Shown: positions 20,597-29,739, counted from the stretch's first letter. The stretch: DNA of 64,000 bases from an uncultured delta proteobacterium (GCA_963811025.1 CAWEPX010000027.1:219745-283744), one strand, 5' to 3'. Notes: generated by a model from the sequence alone, not told the origin. Made by a program: numbers and translations.

Positions 20597-21291
20597 GGTG
20601 TCTCCCCCTCGCCCTTTTTCGGGGGCTCTCCCGGCTTTCCGGGCTCCCCCTTCGCTCCTTCCGCGGGCTTTTTCTCCGCGGCGTCTTTCTCTGCAGGGTT
20701 CGCCGCCGCAGCCGGCTGCGATGCGGGCTGGCCTGCTGCCGCCTCTTTCCTTCCGTTATCGGAAGCCGGGCCGGAGGCCTTGGGTTCCTCGGCGGCCTTT
20801 GCGGCCTTCTCCGCCTCCGCTTGCGCCGCGGCTTCCGCCACCTGCTTCGCCACGCGGGCCTTGATCTCGTTCGCATCCTCGTGGACGAAGTGGAGGATCA
20901 GCTCCCCGCGGTTCACGGAGGCCTTCTCGTAGCCGCTGGTATGCTTGAGGGACTTCGGGGGGCACACCTCGACGCAGAGCCCGCAGTACATGCAGCGTCC
21001 GACGTCGATATCGTAGGAGGCCAGCACCATCTTCTTGTCGGCCCCCCGGACGGCCTCGAGGGAGATGCAGTCGACCGGGCATACCCGCACGCACATCGTG
21101 CAGCTCGTGCACCTCTTGATGTCGTTGTACAGGAATCCGCGGAACCGCTCCGAGGGCTCCCAGCGCTCCTCGGGGTACTGGAGGGTGATCGTCTCCCTCG
21201 GATCCACCCCGTAGCGCGCGGTGATTCGCATTCCCTTCGCGGTGGTCGCCACGGCTTCCCAGATGTCGTAAAAATATGCCTTCAGTCCCAT
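20593..21291 (-). CDS. nuoI2: NuoI paralog (cluster 2) with an ~80-aa Ala/Glu/Lys/Pro-rich C-terminal tail
   Basis: Two 4Fe-4S motifs (CTSCTMCVRVCP, CMYCGLCVEVCP); low-complexity tail AEAAAQAEAEKAAKAAEEPKAS.... Confidence 0.9.
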   Translation of the reverse strand: MGLKAYFYDIWEAVATTAKGMRITARYGVDPRETITLQYPEERWEPSERFRGFLYNDIKRCTSCTMCVRVCPVDCISLEAVRGADKKMVLASYDIDVGRCMYCGLCVEVCPPKSLKHTSGYEKASVNRGELILHFVHEDANEIKARVAKQVAEAAAQAEAEKAAKAAEEPKASGPASDNGRKEAAAGQPASQPAAAANPAEKDAAEKKPAEGAKGEPGKPGEPPKKGEGETP

Positions 21292-21295
21292 CCCG

Positions 21296-22414
21296 TCATC
21301 CGATAAGCGATACGATCATCTGGGGGATCCCCTTCCCGTGGAACAGCAGAAGCCAAAGGGAGACGCCCAGGAGGTTGAAAAACGTCAGCGGAACCAAGTA
21401 CTTCCACGCCATGCGCATCAGCTGGTCCACGCGCAGCCGGGGCAGTGTCCACCGGACCCACATCATGAGCAGGACAAGACCCAGCGTCTTGGTGAGGAAC
21501 ACGCCCAGCGAGAACAGGTTGCCCCAGACGGCGGGAAGCGCCTCCCCGTTCAGAAACGGCACGTGCCAACCCCCCAGGAAGCAGGAGGTCGCCAGCGCGG
21601 ACACGACGAACATGTCCCCGTACTCGGCGAGAAAGAAGAAAGCGAACCGGATCCCGGAGTACTCCACATGGTAGCCGGAGACGAGCTCCGACTCGGCCTC
21701 CGGGATATCGAAGGGGGTCCGGTTGGTCTCGGCGAGCGCGGCGACGAAATACAGGAAGAAGGAAAAGAAGGTGAACGGGTTGTGGAAGAGGTTCCACCCG
21801 AAGATCCCCAACAGCCCTCCCTGGGACCGCACGATGTCCTGCAGGGAGAGGGAGCCGGCGATGAGGACCGCGGGAAGGAGCGCCATCCCCACCGGGATCT
21901 CGTACGAGACGATCTGCGCGCAACAACGCATACCCCCGAGCAGGGCCCACTTGTTGTTGGACGACCACCCTGCGAGCAATACCCCCACCACCACGAGGGA
22001 GGTGACGGCCATCACGTAGTAGATCCCGATGTTCAGGTCGGAAGCGATCAGCCCCATCCCGAAGGGGACGACCACGAAGGCGGCAAAGGAACCGACGAAC
22101 ACGAGGTACGGCGCCAGGGCGAAGAGGAACCGGTCGGCATGGGTCGGGATGATGTCCTCCTTCAGGAGGAGCTTGATCCCGTCGGCCAGGAACTGGAGCA
22201 GTCCCACGGGACCGACCCGGTTCGGCCCGACGCGCGCCTGGATGTCGCCTGCCACCTTCCGCTCCACGTAGGTCGCCAGCCCCGCGTACGTAAGGGCGAA
22301 GGTGAGGACAACCGCGGCGGCCACGACCATGACCAGGAGGGTGATCGACCACAGCGGAACGCCCGAGAGCACCGGAACGGCGTTTACCAGCGATATTGCA
22401 AGGGATTCCATCAT
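21296..22414 (-). CDS. nuoH2: NuoH paralog (cluster 2)
   Basis: Start MMESLAISL...; NuoH core with ...AETNRTPFDIPEAESELV. Lies immediately downstream of nuoD2, with no E/F/G genes between. Confidence 0.92.
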   Translation of the reverse strand: MMESLAISLVNAVPVLSGVPLWSITLLVMVVAAAVVLTFALTYAGLATYVERKVAGDIQARVGPNRVGPVGLLQFLADGIKLLLKEDIIPTHADRFLFALAPYLVFVGSFAAFVVVPFGMGLIASDLNIGIYYVMAVTSLVVVGVLLAGWSSNNKWALLGGMRCCAQIVSYEIPVGMALLPAVLIAGSLSLQDIVRSQGGLLGIFGWNLFHNPFTFFSFFLYFVAALAETNRTPFDIPEAESELVSGYHVEYSGIRFAFFFLAEYGDMFVVSALATSCFLGGWHVPFLNGEALPAVWGNLFSLGVFLTKTLGLVLLMMWVRWTLPRLRVDQLMRMAWKYLVPLTFFNLLGVSLWLLLFHGKGIPQMIVSLIG

Positions 22415-22416
22415 GA

Positions 22417-23547
22417 TTACCGGTCGATTTCCGGAAGGATGATATCGAAGCTGCCGATGACCGCCACGACGTCGGCGATCATCAGCCCCTTGGTGATCTT
22501 CTCGAAGATGTTCATCGTCACGAAGGAGGGGGCGCGGATCTTGAGGCGATACGGGTTCACGGTTCCGTCGCTGATCAGGTAGATCCCGGTCTCCCCGCGG
22601 GGGTTCTCCGCGCGGAAGTACACCTCCCCGACAGGGGGCTTGAACATCCGGGGAACCTTGGCCATCACGGGCCCCTCGGGGATCTGGGCGATCGCCTGGC
22701 GCAGGATCTTCACGCTTTCCCGCATCTCGTTGATCCGCACCATGTACCGGTCGAAGCAGTCCCCCACCGTCCCCCGCTCCCCCGTCCCGACGCAGACGTC
22801 GAAGTCGATCTTCGGGTAGACCGAGTACGGCTCGTTCTTCCGAAGGTCGAACGGAACGCCGGAGCCCCTGAGGTTCGGCCCCGTGAGCCCGTAGGCGACG
22901 GCATCCTCCGGCGTCGCGACCGCCACGTCGGCCAGGCGGTGGACGAAGATCTTGTTGTAGGAGATCAGCTTGTTGTACTCGGGAATCTTCGGCTCGAAGT
23001 AGTCGAGGAACTCTTTCGTCTTCTCGAGGAACCGGTCCGGCAGGTCGGCCGAAACGCCGCCGATGCGGACGTAATTGTACGTCAGGCGGTTGCCGCAGAT
23101 GTCCTCGAACAGGTCGTTGATCCGCTCCCGCTCGCGGATGGCGTAGAGAAACGGCGTGAAGGCCCCCATGTCGGCGGTGAACGACCCGAAGGCGATCAGG
23201 TGCGAGGAGATCCGGTTCAGCTCGCACACGATCACGCGGATGTATTCCGCCCGCTCGGGAACCTCGATGCCGGCCAGCTTCTCCACCGTCCAGGCCCAAG
23301 CCGCGTTGCAGTTCATCGAGGCGAGGTAGTCGAGCCGGTCGGTGAAGGGCATGAACTGCGGGTACGTGACCCGTTCGCCGATCTTTTCCAGCGCCCGGTG
23401 CAGGTACCCCACGTCCGGCTTGGCGTTGACCACGACCTCGCCGTCTGTCCGCAGGATCACCCGGAGCACCCCGTGGGTGCTCGGGTGCTGCGGACCCATG
23501 TTGATGAGCATCTCCTCCGTGGGGAGCGCTGCGGCGTTTGACTTCAT
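22417..23547 (-). CDS. nuoD2: NuoD paralog (cluster 2)
   Basis: 376 aa 49-kDa subunit family (NMGPQHPSTHG...). Confidence 0.93.
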   Translation of the reverse strand: MKSNAAALPTEEMLINMGPQHPSTHGVLRVILRTDGEVVVNAKPDVGYLHRALEKIGERVTYPQFMPFTDRLDYLASMNCNAAWAWTVEKLAGIEVPERAEYIRVIVCELNRISSHLIAFGSFTADMGAFTPFLYAIRERERINDLFEDICGNRLTYNYVRIGGVSADLPDRFLEKTKEFLDYFEPKIPEYNKLISYNKIFVHRLADVAVATPEDAVAYGLTGPNLRGSGVPFDLRKNEPYSVYPKIDFDVCVGTGERGTVGDCFDRYMVRINEMRESVKILRQAIAQIPEGPVMAKVPRMFKPPVGEVYFRAENPRGETGIYLISDGTVNPYRLKIRAPSFVTMNIFEKITKGLMIADVVAVIGSFDIILPEIDR

Positions 23548-24014
23548 ACCTTGATCCCGTGGTAAAACTCGGGGTATTTGTAATCCTTCCGAAGCGGGTG
23601 TCCCTCCCAGTCCTCCGGGAGAAGGATGCGGCGCAGGTCCCAGGACCCCTCAAAGACGATTCCGAACAGGTCGAACGCTTCCCTCTCCTGGAAATTCGCC
23701 GCGGGCCACACTTCGTCGACGCTCGGCAGCGATGGAGCCTCCTTGGGGAGGTATGCCTTGACCCCGATCCGATGTCCGATCGCAAGAGAGTGGAGGTGGT
23801 AGGCAACGGCGAACCGGTCCGGGTAGTCGACGCCGGACAGGCACATCAGCGAGTCGAACTTCATCGCGGGGTCGTCGCGCAGGAACCGTCCGATTTCCCT
23901 GACCTTCTCCGGGGACACAACGAGGAACGCGGGACGGAATCCCTCCTCCTGGAGCTCTACCGCCGCCTCTCCGAACCTTGCCTGAATCTTCTCGAAGATC
24001 TCTTTCGGTTCCAA
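23544..24014 (-). CDS. nuoC2: NuoC paralog (cluster 2)
   Basis: 156 aa 30-kDa subunit family. Confidence 0.92.
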   Translation of the reverse strand: MEPKEIFEKIQARFGEAAVELQEEGFRPAFLVVSPEKVREIGRFLRDDPAMKFDSLMCLSGVDYPDRFAVAYHLHSLAIGHRIGVKAYLPKEAPSLPSVDEVWPAANFQEREAFDLFGIVFEGSWDLRRILLPEDWEGHPLRKDYKYPEFYHGIKV

Positions 24015-24023
24015 CGGTTTCCT

Positions 24024-24551
24024 TTACGCCTTCGCCGCGAAATTTTTCCTCTGATCGATGATCTTCTGCAGCTTGATGATGCCGTCGATCAGCGCCTCGG
24101 GACGGGGGGGACATCCGGGAACGTAAACGTCCACCGGGATGAGCAGGTCCACTCCCTTGACCACGCAGTACGAATCCTTGTAGAAGGGGCCACCCGTGTT
24201 GGCGCAGGACCCCATGGAAATCACGTACTTGGGATCGGGCATCTGCTCGTACAGGCGGATCAACCGTTCCGCCATCTTGTGCGTGATGGTCCCCGCGACG
24301 ATCATCAGGTCCGACTGCCGGGGGGTCGCCCGGAAGACGGCGCCGAACCGGTCGAGGTCGTACCGTGAGGCGCCGGCCTGCATCAGCTCGATACCGCAAC
24401 AGGCCGTCGCAAACAGAAGGTACCAGAGCGAGGATCTCCGGCACCAGTTTATGAACTTGTCGGCATTGCCCACCATGACATGCGCTTCGGGGCCTAAGGT
24501 CCCCGGGGCCAAAACGGGGGCCGGACTGATCCGTGTAGAATCGTGGCTCAT
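24024..24551 (-). CDS. nuoB2: NuoB paralog (cluster 2)
   Basis: MSHDST...[10 protein letters not shown]...GCPP; the ATG overlaps the nuoA2 TGA (ATGA). Confidence 0.9.
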   Translation of the reverse strand: MSHDSTRISPAPVLAPGTLGPEAHVMVGNADKFINWCRRSSLWYLLFATACCGIELMQAGASRYDLDRFGAVFRATPRQSDLMIVAGTITHKMAERLIRLYEQMPDPKYVISMGSCANTGGPFYKDSYCVVKGVDLLIPVDVYVPGCPPRPEALIDGIIKLQKIIDQRKNFAAKA

Positions 24552-24943
24552 TTCCCTTCCTTCGGGGACGGGGATTCCTGGACGGTTCGCACCCAATCGA
24601 GGTCTCCCTCCTTCCACAGGTAGGCCAGGCCCGTGAGAAGGATGACGATGAAGATGAACGCCTCCACGAACGCAAGGAGGCCCAGGCGCCGGAAGACCAC
24701 GGCCCACGGGTAGAGCAGTGCCACCTCCACGTCGAAGATGATGAAGATCAGGGCCACAACGTAGAAGCGGATGTTGAACTGCACCCAGGAGGAGCCGACC
24801 GGGATCTCGCCGCACTCATAGGTGGAAAGCTTGACCGGAGAGGGGTTGCGCGGACTCAGCAGCCGGGAGATCCCCAGCATGAGGGCCACGGTCACCGCGC
24901 CGAGCACGATAAACACAAGAACTGTTGCAAAATTATCGAGCAT
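24548..24943 (-). CDS. nuoA2: NuoA paralog (cluster 2)
   Basis: 131 aa NuoA family. Confidence 0.9.
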   Translation of the reverse strand: MLDNFATVLVFIVLGAVTVALMLGISRLLSPRNPSPVKLSTYECGEIPVGSSWVQFNIRFYVVALIFIIFDVEVALLYPWAVVFRRLGLLAFVEAFIFIVILLTGLAYLWKEGDLDWVRTVQESPSPKEGK

Positions 24944-24982
24944 CCGAGGAACACCGCCTAAATGTTCAAGTCAAAGCAGAAC

Positions 24983-25005
24983 CCCTCTACCTGTGATAGA
25001 GGGGC
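24983..25005. promoter_or_regulatory. Perfect 8-bp inverted repeat (cccctcta-N7-tagagggg) in the nuoA2 upstream / divergent U32 region
   Basis: cccctctacctgtgatagagggg lies 40-60 nt upstream of the nuoA2 start: a candidate operator or 5'-UTR hairpin. A possible TTGACC-N16-TAGAGT promoter lies further upstream on the minus strand. Confidence 0.35.
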
Positions 25006-25146
25006 GAGAAGATCGCCTCATATCGGGAATGCTATGTATACAGATCGACACTCTACATTACTCATCCGCCCGGTCAAGTCAACCGAAAAAATTCGCCCGG
25101 TCCGGTGGTCGGACCAGAAGGGCGTCAGGCCGATCGATATCCGATA

Positions 25147-25992
25147 ATGAGTATAATAGCGAGAATGGGACCCGGGAACCGAAGCCCCGAACTTTTTGCC
25201 CCCGCGGGCAGTCTCGCGGCGGTGAACGCAGTCCTGTCCGCCGGTGCCGACGCCGTATACGTCGGCTGCCGGGGATGGAGTCGCGACGGGGAGCGTTCTG
25301 CACTCCACCAGGAAGAAGTGCGGGAAGCCGCCTCGCAGTGCCGGAAGAACGGGGTGGCCCTGCACGCAGCCCTCAACACCATACCCGGCGCCGCGGAAAT
25401 TCCCTCTTTTCTGGCCACGGTCACGCGTCTTGCGGAAGACGGCGTATCCGCCGTGATCCTGTCCGATCCCGGGGTGATCGCCCTCGTGCGCCGGGCACTG
25501 CCTGACATGCGGATCACGGCTTCCGTCGGGGTCTCCACGCTCAACCCCCCCGAGGCGCGGTTCTACCGGGACGTCGGTGCGAACGCGGTCGTTCTGCCGA
25601 CCGCCCTGACCCCGGAAGAAGTCCCCGCGATCAAGGCGGAAAGTAGCCTCCGGGTGGAGGTTTTCGTGCGCTGCCGGCCGGAAATCCTCCTCCAGGGAAA
25701 ATGCGCACTGCCCGGTTACGCCCGGGAAGGAAAGAGATCTCCCGAGCGCCCGTACCTGGCGGAAACGGGGACGCCCGCGTCCGCGAAACGTACCGGCAGA
25801 TGCCATCTCGTCTGCCGTGCGATCCCCCTTTCCCGGGAGCCCCACTCCATCGAGGACGAGCTCGCCCCGTGGATCGCCTGCGGGGTGGACGCATTCAAAG
25901 TGCAGGGGAGGGAGATTCCGCCCCAAAAGCTGTTCGACCTGGTGTCCCGGATCCGCCAGAAGCTCGACGCGGCCCTCGCAGCGGCGGGATAG
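25147..25992 (+). CDS. Peptidase U32 family Fe-S protein (UbiU/UbiV/RlhA-like, short form)
   Basis: ELFAPAGSLAAVNAVLSAGADAVYVG N-terminal signature of U32 proteins. Cys-rich region CRPE...C...CHLVC fits the family 4Fe-4S site. Exact start uncertain (25147 or 25165). Confidence 0.75.
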   Translation: MSIIARMGPGNRSPELFAPAGSLAAVNAVLSAGADAVYVGCRGWSRDGERSALHQEEVREAASQCRKNGVALHAALNTIPGAAEIPSFLATVTRLAEDGVSAVILSDPGVIALVRRALPDMRITASVGVSTLNPPEARFYRDVGANAVVLPTALTPEEVPAIKAESSLRVEVFVRCRPEILLQGKCALPGYAREGKRSPERPYLAETGTPASAKRTGRCHLVCRAIPLSREPHSIEDELAPWIACGVDAFKVQGREIPPQKLFDLVSRIRQKLDAALAAAG

Positions 25993-25999
25993 CGGCTTA

Positions 26000-26120
26000 C
26001 GCAGCCTCGGAGGTGCGCCCCGAATCGGCTTCGCGTCCTCGGAGGGGGCTCCGTTCGTGGCTCGCCGTGCGATGAACCCGCACGCCTGCGCTTGACCTCA
26101 CTCCGCCCTCCTCCTTCGGC
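26000..26120. repeat. GC-rich REP-like repeat, copy C (between convergent 3' ends)
   Basis: cctcggagggggctccgttcgtggctcgccgtgcgatgaacccgcacgcctgcgcttgacctcactccgccc aligns with 470-545. Contains the GTGCG-N7-CGCAC hairpin that corresponds to gtgcgg...ctgcac in copy A. Confidence 0.5.
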
Positions 26121-26251
26121 CTGCTCCGCCCTATGGCGCCCCTCGCGAGCCAGGGTCCTTTCGCCGGAGGCATCGCCCTCCGAGGATGCGGAGCCGACCG
26201 CGGTGATCGCGGCCGCGCCGGGATCTGAGGGAATAGATCCCTGGAGGCCGG

Positions 26252-26671
26252 CTAGCCGGCCAGCGCCTTTTTCAGGTCCTTCGGGATGGGGATCGGCTTC
26301 CAGGAGGCGTCGATGGAACGGCAGGAGATCTTCCCCTCCGCGGCGAGTTCGTCCTTCCCCGCCACCGTCCGGAAGAGGGAAAACCCGAACGTCGCCCCCT
26401 TTTCCTCGACCCGGATGAGCCGGGTCCGCAGGATGAGCAGATCGTCGAACCGGACCGGCAACCGGTACCGGCACTGGGTGCCGATTACGGGAAACCCGGT
26501 ACCGCGCGAGACGTTTCGATAGACTTTGTCGGGTGGCAGTCCCCGCGCCCTGAGGAACTCGTCCATCCCCCGCTTGAAGTAGTCGAGAATGGCGGCAAAG
26601 TACGCCACGCCGTACGGGTCCGTCTCGCCGAATCGGACCCGGATTTCGATGGTGTGGGAAGCGGTGGCCAT
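26252..26671 (-). CDS. Acyl-CoA thioesterase, 4HBT/YbgC-like
   Basis: MATASHTIEIRVRFGETDPYGVAYFAAILDYF... hotdog-fold thioesterase pattern. ATG at 26671 preceded by AGGAGGG. Confidence 0.75.
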   Translation of the reverse strand: MATASHTIEIRVRFGETDPYGVAYFAAILDYFKRGMDEFLRARGLPPDKVYRNVSRGTGFPVIGTQCRYRLPVRFDDLLILRTRLIRVEEKGATFGFSLFRTVAGKDELAAEGKISCRSIDASWKPIPIPKDLKKALAG

Positions 26672-26731
26672 GGCTCCCTCCTGTCCAACCGGGCCATAGG
26701 AGATCCCGGGGAAACACGGTACAGTATACAC

Positions 26732-27937
26732 ATGCGACGGGACGAGGAGCAGACCCGGCATCCCGCCGGAAGCACAGGGACGAGCGAGCCGGGGGCACCG
26801 GGGAAGGGGAAGCCTTCGGAGGGCGCGATCCCGCCGTTAGCGAATCCGGGACACTACATCCGCCGGCGCTCCGACCGGGCAATCCTCAGCTGCCTGGTCA
26901 TCCTGGCGTTTCTGGCTCTGCTCACGCTCTTCGAGGTCGCCTCCTCCGTATTCATCACCATCCTCTCGTCGATCCTGATCGCCCTTGCGCTAGACCCTCT
27001 CGTCCGGTTGCTCTGCAACCGGGCAAGGCTCCCCCGCCCGGTCGCCAGCATCGTCGTCGTCTTCTTCGCCATCGCATTCCTGTACGGGGTCCTGTACATC
27101 GCCTTCTACAACGCGAAACAGCTCATCGCCGACCTGCCGCTCATTCTCGAGCAGATCCGGAACGCGCCGCTGGTTCAGAGCACGGCGGACCAGGTGCACC
27201 GGATCACGGAAATGCTGAGCGAGGCCGGACAGAGCATCTCGCGCACGGCACCTTCCGCCGGAAACCAGGGCGGCACGGTCGTCCTTCAGGGGGGAAACTC
27301 CTGGGGCGACACCGTCTTCCGGAGCATAGGCTCGCTCACGACGCTCGTGTTCTCCCTGAGCTTCATACCGTTCCTGGTGTACTTCATCCTGGAAGGAAAG
27401 GAGCCTCTCACCCGGCGAACCCGGAATCTCTTCCCCGAGGAGTTCCACGATATCGCGAGCGCCGTCATGCACGACGTCGAGCGCATGATGCAGCGGTACA
27501 TCATCGGGAACGCCCTGGTGGCGGGAGTCCTGAGCGTCCTGACGTCCCTCGCGTTCCTCGCCATCGGCCTGCCGTACTGGCTCGTCCTCGGTGTCCTGAG
27601 CGGGATCACGAACACCATCCCGTACCTCGGCGTGGTCCTTGCCCTCCTGCCGGCGCTCATCGTGGGGATCGTCACGTACAACTCCGGTGAGCCGCTCCTG
27701 TTCATCGTGGCAAGCGTCTCCGTGCTCCACGTCATGGCGGCGAACTACATGATGCCCAGATTGGTGGGAAAGGGGGTCCAGCTCAATGCGGTCGTCTCCA
27801 CGATCGCGATCATGTTCTTCGGCTGGATGTGGGGGGCGATGGGACTCATTCTGGGAATACCCATCGTGGCCGTGTTGAAATGCATCCTGGACAACGTGCC
27901 GTCGACGCAGCACCTCGGGCAGTGGCTCGGGGAGTAG
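26732..27937 (+). CDS. AI-2E family transporter (PerM/YhhT-like, UPF0118)
   Basis: Eight predicted TM helices, family-typical ...GNALVAGVLSVL...ITNTIPYLG.... Start uncertain (26654 or 26732). Confidence 0.75.
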   Translation: MRRDEEQTRHPAGSTGTSEPGAPGKGKPSEGAIPPLANPGHYIRRRSDRAILSCLVILAFLALLTLFEVASSVFITILSSILIALALDPLVRLLCNRARLPRPVASIVVVFFAIAFLYGVLYIAFYNAKQLIADLPLILEQIRNAPLVQSTADQVHRITEMLSEAGQSISRTAPSAGNQGGTVVLQGGNSWGDTVFRSIGSLTTLVFSLSFIPFLVYFILEGKEPLTRRTRNLFPEEFHDIASAVMHDVERMMQRYIIGNALVAGVLSVLTSLAFLAIGLPYWLVLGVLSGITNTIPYLGVVLALLPALIVGIVTYNSGEPLLFIVASVSVLHVMAANYMMPRLVGKGVQLNAVVSTIAIMFFGWMWGAMGLILGIPIVAVLKCILDNVPSTQHLGQWLGE

Positions 27938-28027
27938 AAGAAAAAAAGCCCGGCGGCTTTCGCGACCGCCGGGCCCTTTCGCTTTCTTCCGCGGAAAGTG
28001 CGCGATCTTCCCGCGCCCTCTTTTCCC

Positions 28028-29662
28028 TCAGGACTTTTCGACCTCCCGCTGGCGCAGCATCCGCCGCAACAGTTTTCCCACGGCGGTGCGGGGCATCGCA
28101 TCGATGAACTCGATATCCCGCGGGAGCTTGTAGACGGCGATCTTCCCCTTGCAATGCTCGATCAGTTCCTTCTTCAAGCCCTCCGAAGGGGCGGTCCCGG
28201 ATTGAAGCACCACGAACGCCTTCGTCTTCTGACCCATGACCGGGTCGGGTACGCCGACGACGCCCGCGTCGGCCACGGCCGGGTGCGTGACCAGCGCCTC
28301 CTCGATCTCTTCGGGTCCGATGCGGTAGCCGGACGACTTGATGAGATCGTCCTCGCGAGAGAGGAACTGGACATTCCCCAGCTCGTCCATCGTCACGACG
28401 TCGCCCGCGAGACACCAGCCGTCCTTGACCGCCGACTTCTGCTTGTCGTTGTCCCGCCAGTAGATCGTACCCGTCGGTCCCTGCACGATCATCTTGCCGA
28501 CCTCGCCCGGCTTGACCGGCTCGAAGTTCTCGTTGACGACCTTCACGGTGTATCCCGGGCACGCGGAGCCGATCCACCCGGGCTTGACCTTTTTGGTCAC
28601 CGCCGCGGAAATAAAGACGAACATCATCTCCGTGGTGCCAAGCCCCTCGTAGGTCTCGAGCCCGAACTTCTCCTTCCAGTCGGTGTACGTCTTGGCGGTC
28701 AGCGCCTCGCCGCCTCCGGTGCAGAACCGAAGGGACGAAAAATCGTAATCCTTCGGGTCGATGTCGACCAGCATCTTCCGGTACGCGGTGGGAAGCGCCG
28801 ACATGATCGTGATCTTGTGGTTCTGGATGTTCTTTGCCATCGACACCGGATCGAACCGGGGAATCAGCGAAACGGCCGCGCCGTACCGGAACGGGATGAC
28901 CGCCACCGTGGAGTATCCGGCCGCCATGGCGATCGGCGCCGGGCCCCCGATCACGTCCTTGTCGGAGACCTCCCAGCAATACTTCCCGAACCCGTCGGCG
29001 ACGATCAGGGACTCCTCCATGAAGTGGGCCGTCCCCTTGGGCAGGCCGGTCGTTCCGGAGGTGAACAGGAGCACGGAGACGTCCATCCGGTCGCGCTTGA
29101 CCGCCTCGCACTGGTCCGGGTTCTTCATGAGATCCGCGTACGGCGTGTACCCTTTCGCCCGGACCTCGTTCTCGTCGCCGCCCACCACGACGATCGTCTT
29201 GACCGTCTTGAGTTCGGCCCTCGCCGCCTCGACCTCGCCGAGCATCGCCGCGGCGACGATCATGACCTTCGCCTCGGAGAGGTTCGCCACGTGGGCGATC
29301 TCGGTGCGCGCGAACAGGACGGAGGTGGGGAGAGAAACGCCGCCGATCTTGATGATGGCGAAATTGCAGACGATCGCCGGCGGAATATTGGGCATCCGGA
29401 GAAACACCCGATCGCCTTCCTCGACTCCGAGCTTCTTCAGTCCGTTGGCGACCCGGTTGACGCTTGCCTGGAGCTGCTTGTAGGTGATCCGCTGGTCGTC
29501 GAAAAACACGGCGACCTTGTCGCCGTATTTCGCGGCGGTCTGGTCGAGCAGGACTTCCGTGGAATTGAACTTCTGCGGGATGTTCTGGAACTCGTCGAGC
29601 GCGTAGATCCGCTTCGGCCGCAACTCCGGCGGCGGCAGGTAGCTTTCGGGTATCTTCCCCAT
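28028..29662 (-). CDS. AMP-forming acyl-CoA synthetase, benzoate-CoA ligase-like
   Basis: 544 aa; LLFTSGTTGLPKG AMP-binding motif, GYRIGPEEIE...PRTAVGKLLRR C-terminal motifs. Strong SD GGGAGGGGAG. Confidence 0.85.
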   Translation of the reverse strand: MGKIPESYLPPPELRPKRIYALDEFQNIPQKFNSTEVLLDQTAAKYGDKVAVFFDDQRITYKQLQASVNRVANGLKKLGVEEGDRVFLRMPNIPPAIVCNFAIIKIGGVSLPTSVLFARTEIAHVANLSEAKVMIVAAAMLGEVEAARAELKTVKTIVVVGGDENEVRAKGYTPYADLMKNPDQCEAVKRDRMDVSVLLFTSGTTGLPKGTAHFMEESLIVADGFGKYCWEVSDKDVIGGPAPIAMAAGYSTVAVIPFRYGAAVSLIPRFDPVSMAKNIQNHKITIMSALPTAYRKMLVDIDPKDYDFSSLRFCTGGGEALTAKTYTDWKEKFGLETYEGLGTTEMMFVFISAAVTKKVKPGWIGSACPGYTVKVVNENFEPVKPGEVGKMIVQGPTGTIYWRDNDKQKSAVKDGWCLAGDVVTMDELGNVQFLSREDDLIKSSGYRIGPEEIEEALVTHPAVADAGVVGVPDPVMGQKTKAFVVLQSGTAPSEGLKKELIEHCKGKIAVYKLPRDIEFIDAMPRTAVGKLLRRMLRQREVEKS

Positions 29663-29739
29663 CCGTCTCTCCCCTCCCTCATATGGCGGGACGGACCGCG
29701 ATCCCTGCGGCGCCGCCCGGCGCTCATGATTATTGATGC

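Noticed and set aside
25018-26882. Minus-strand ORFs 25018..25926 and 25716..26882 overlapping the U32 gene and the repeat
   Set aside because: Low-complexity and frame-incompatible with the supported U32 and thioesterase genes. They are GC-driven spurious ORFs.
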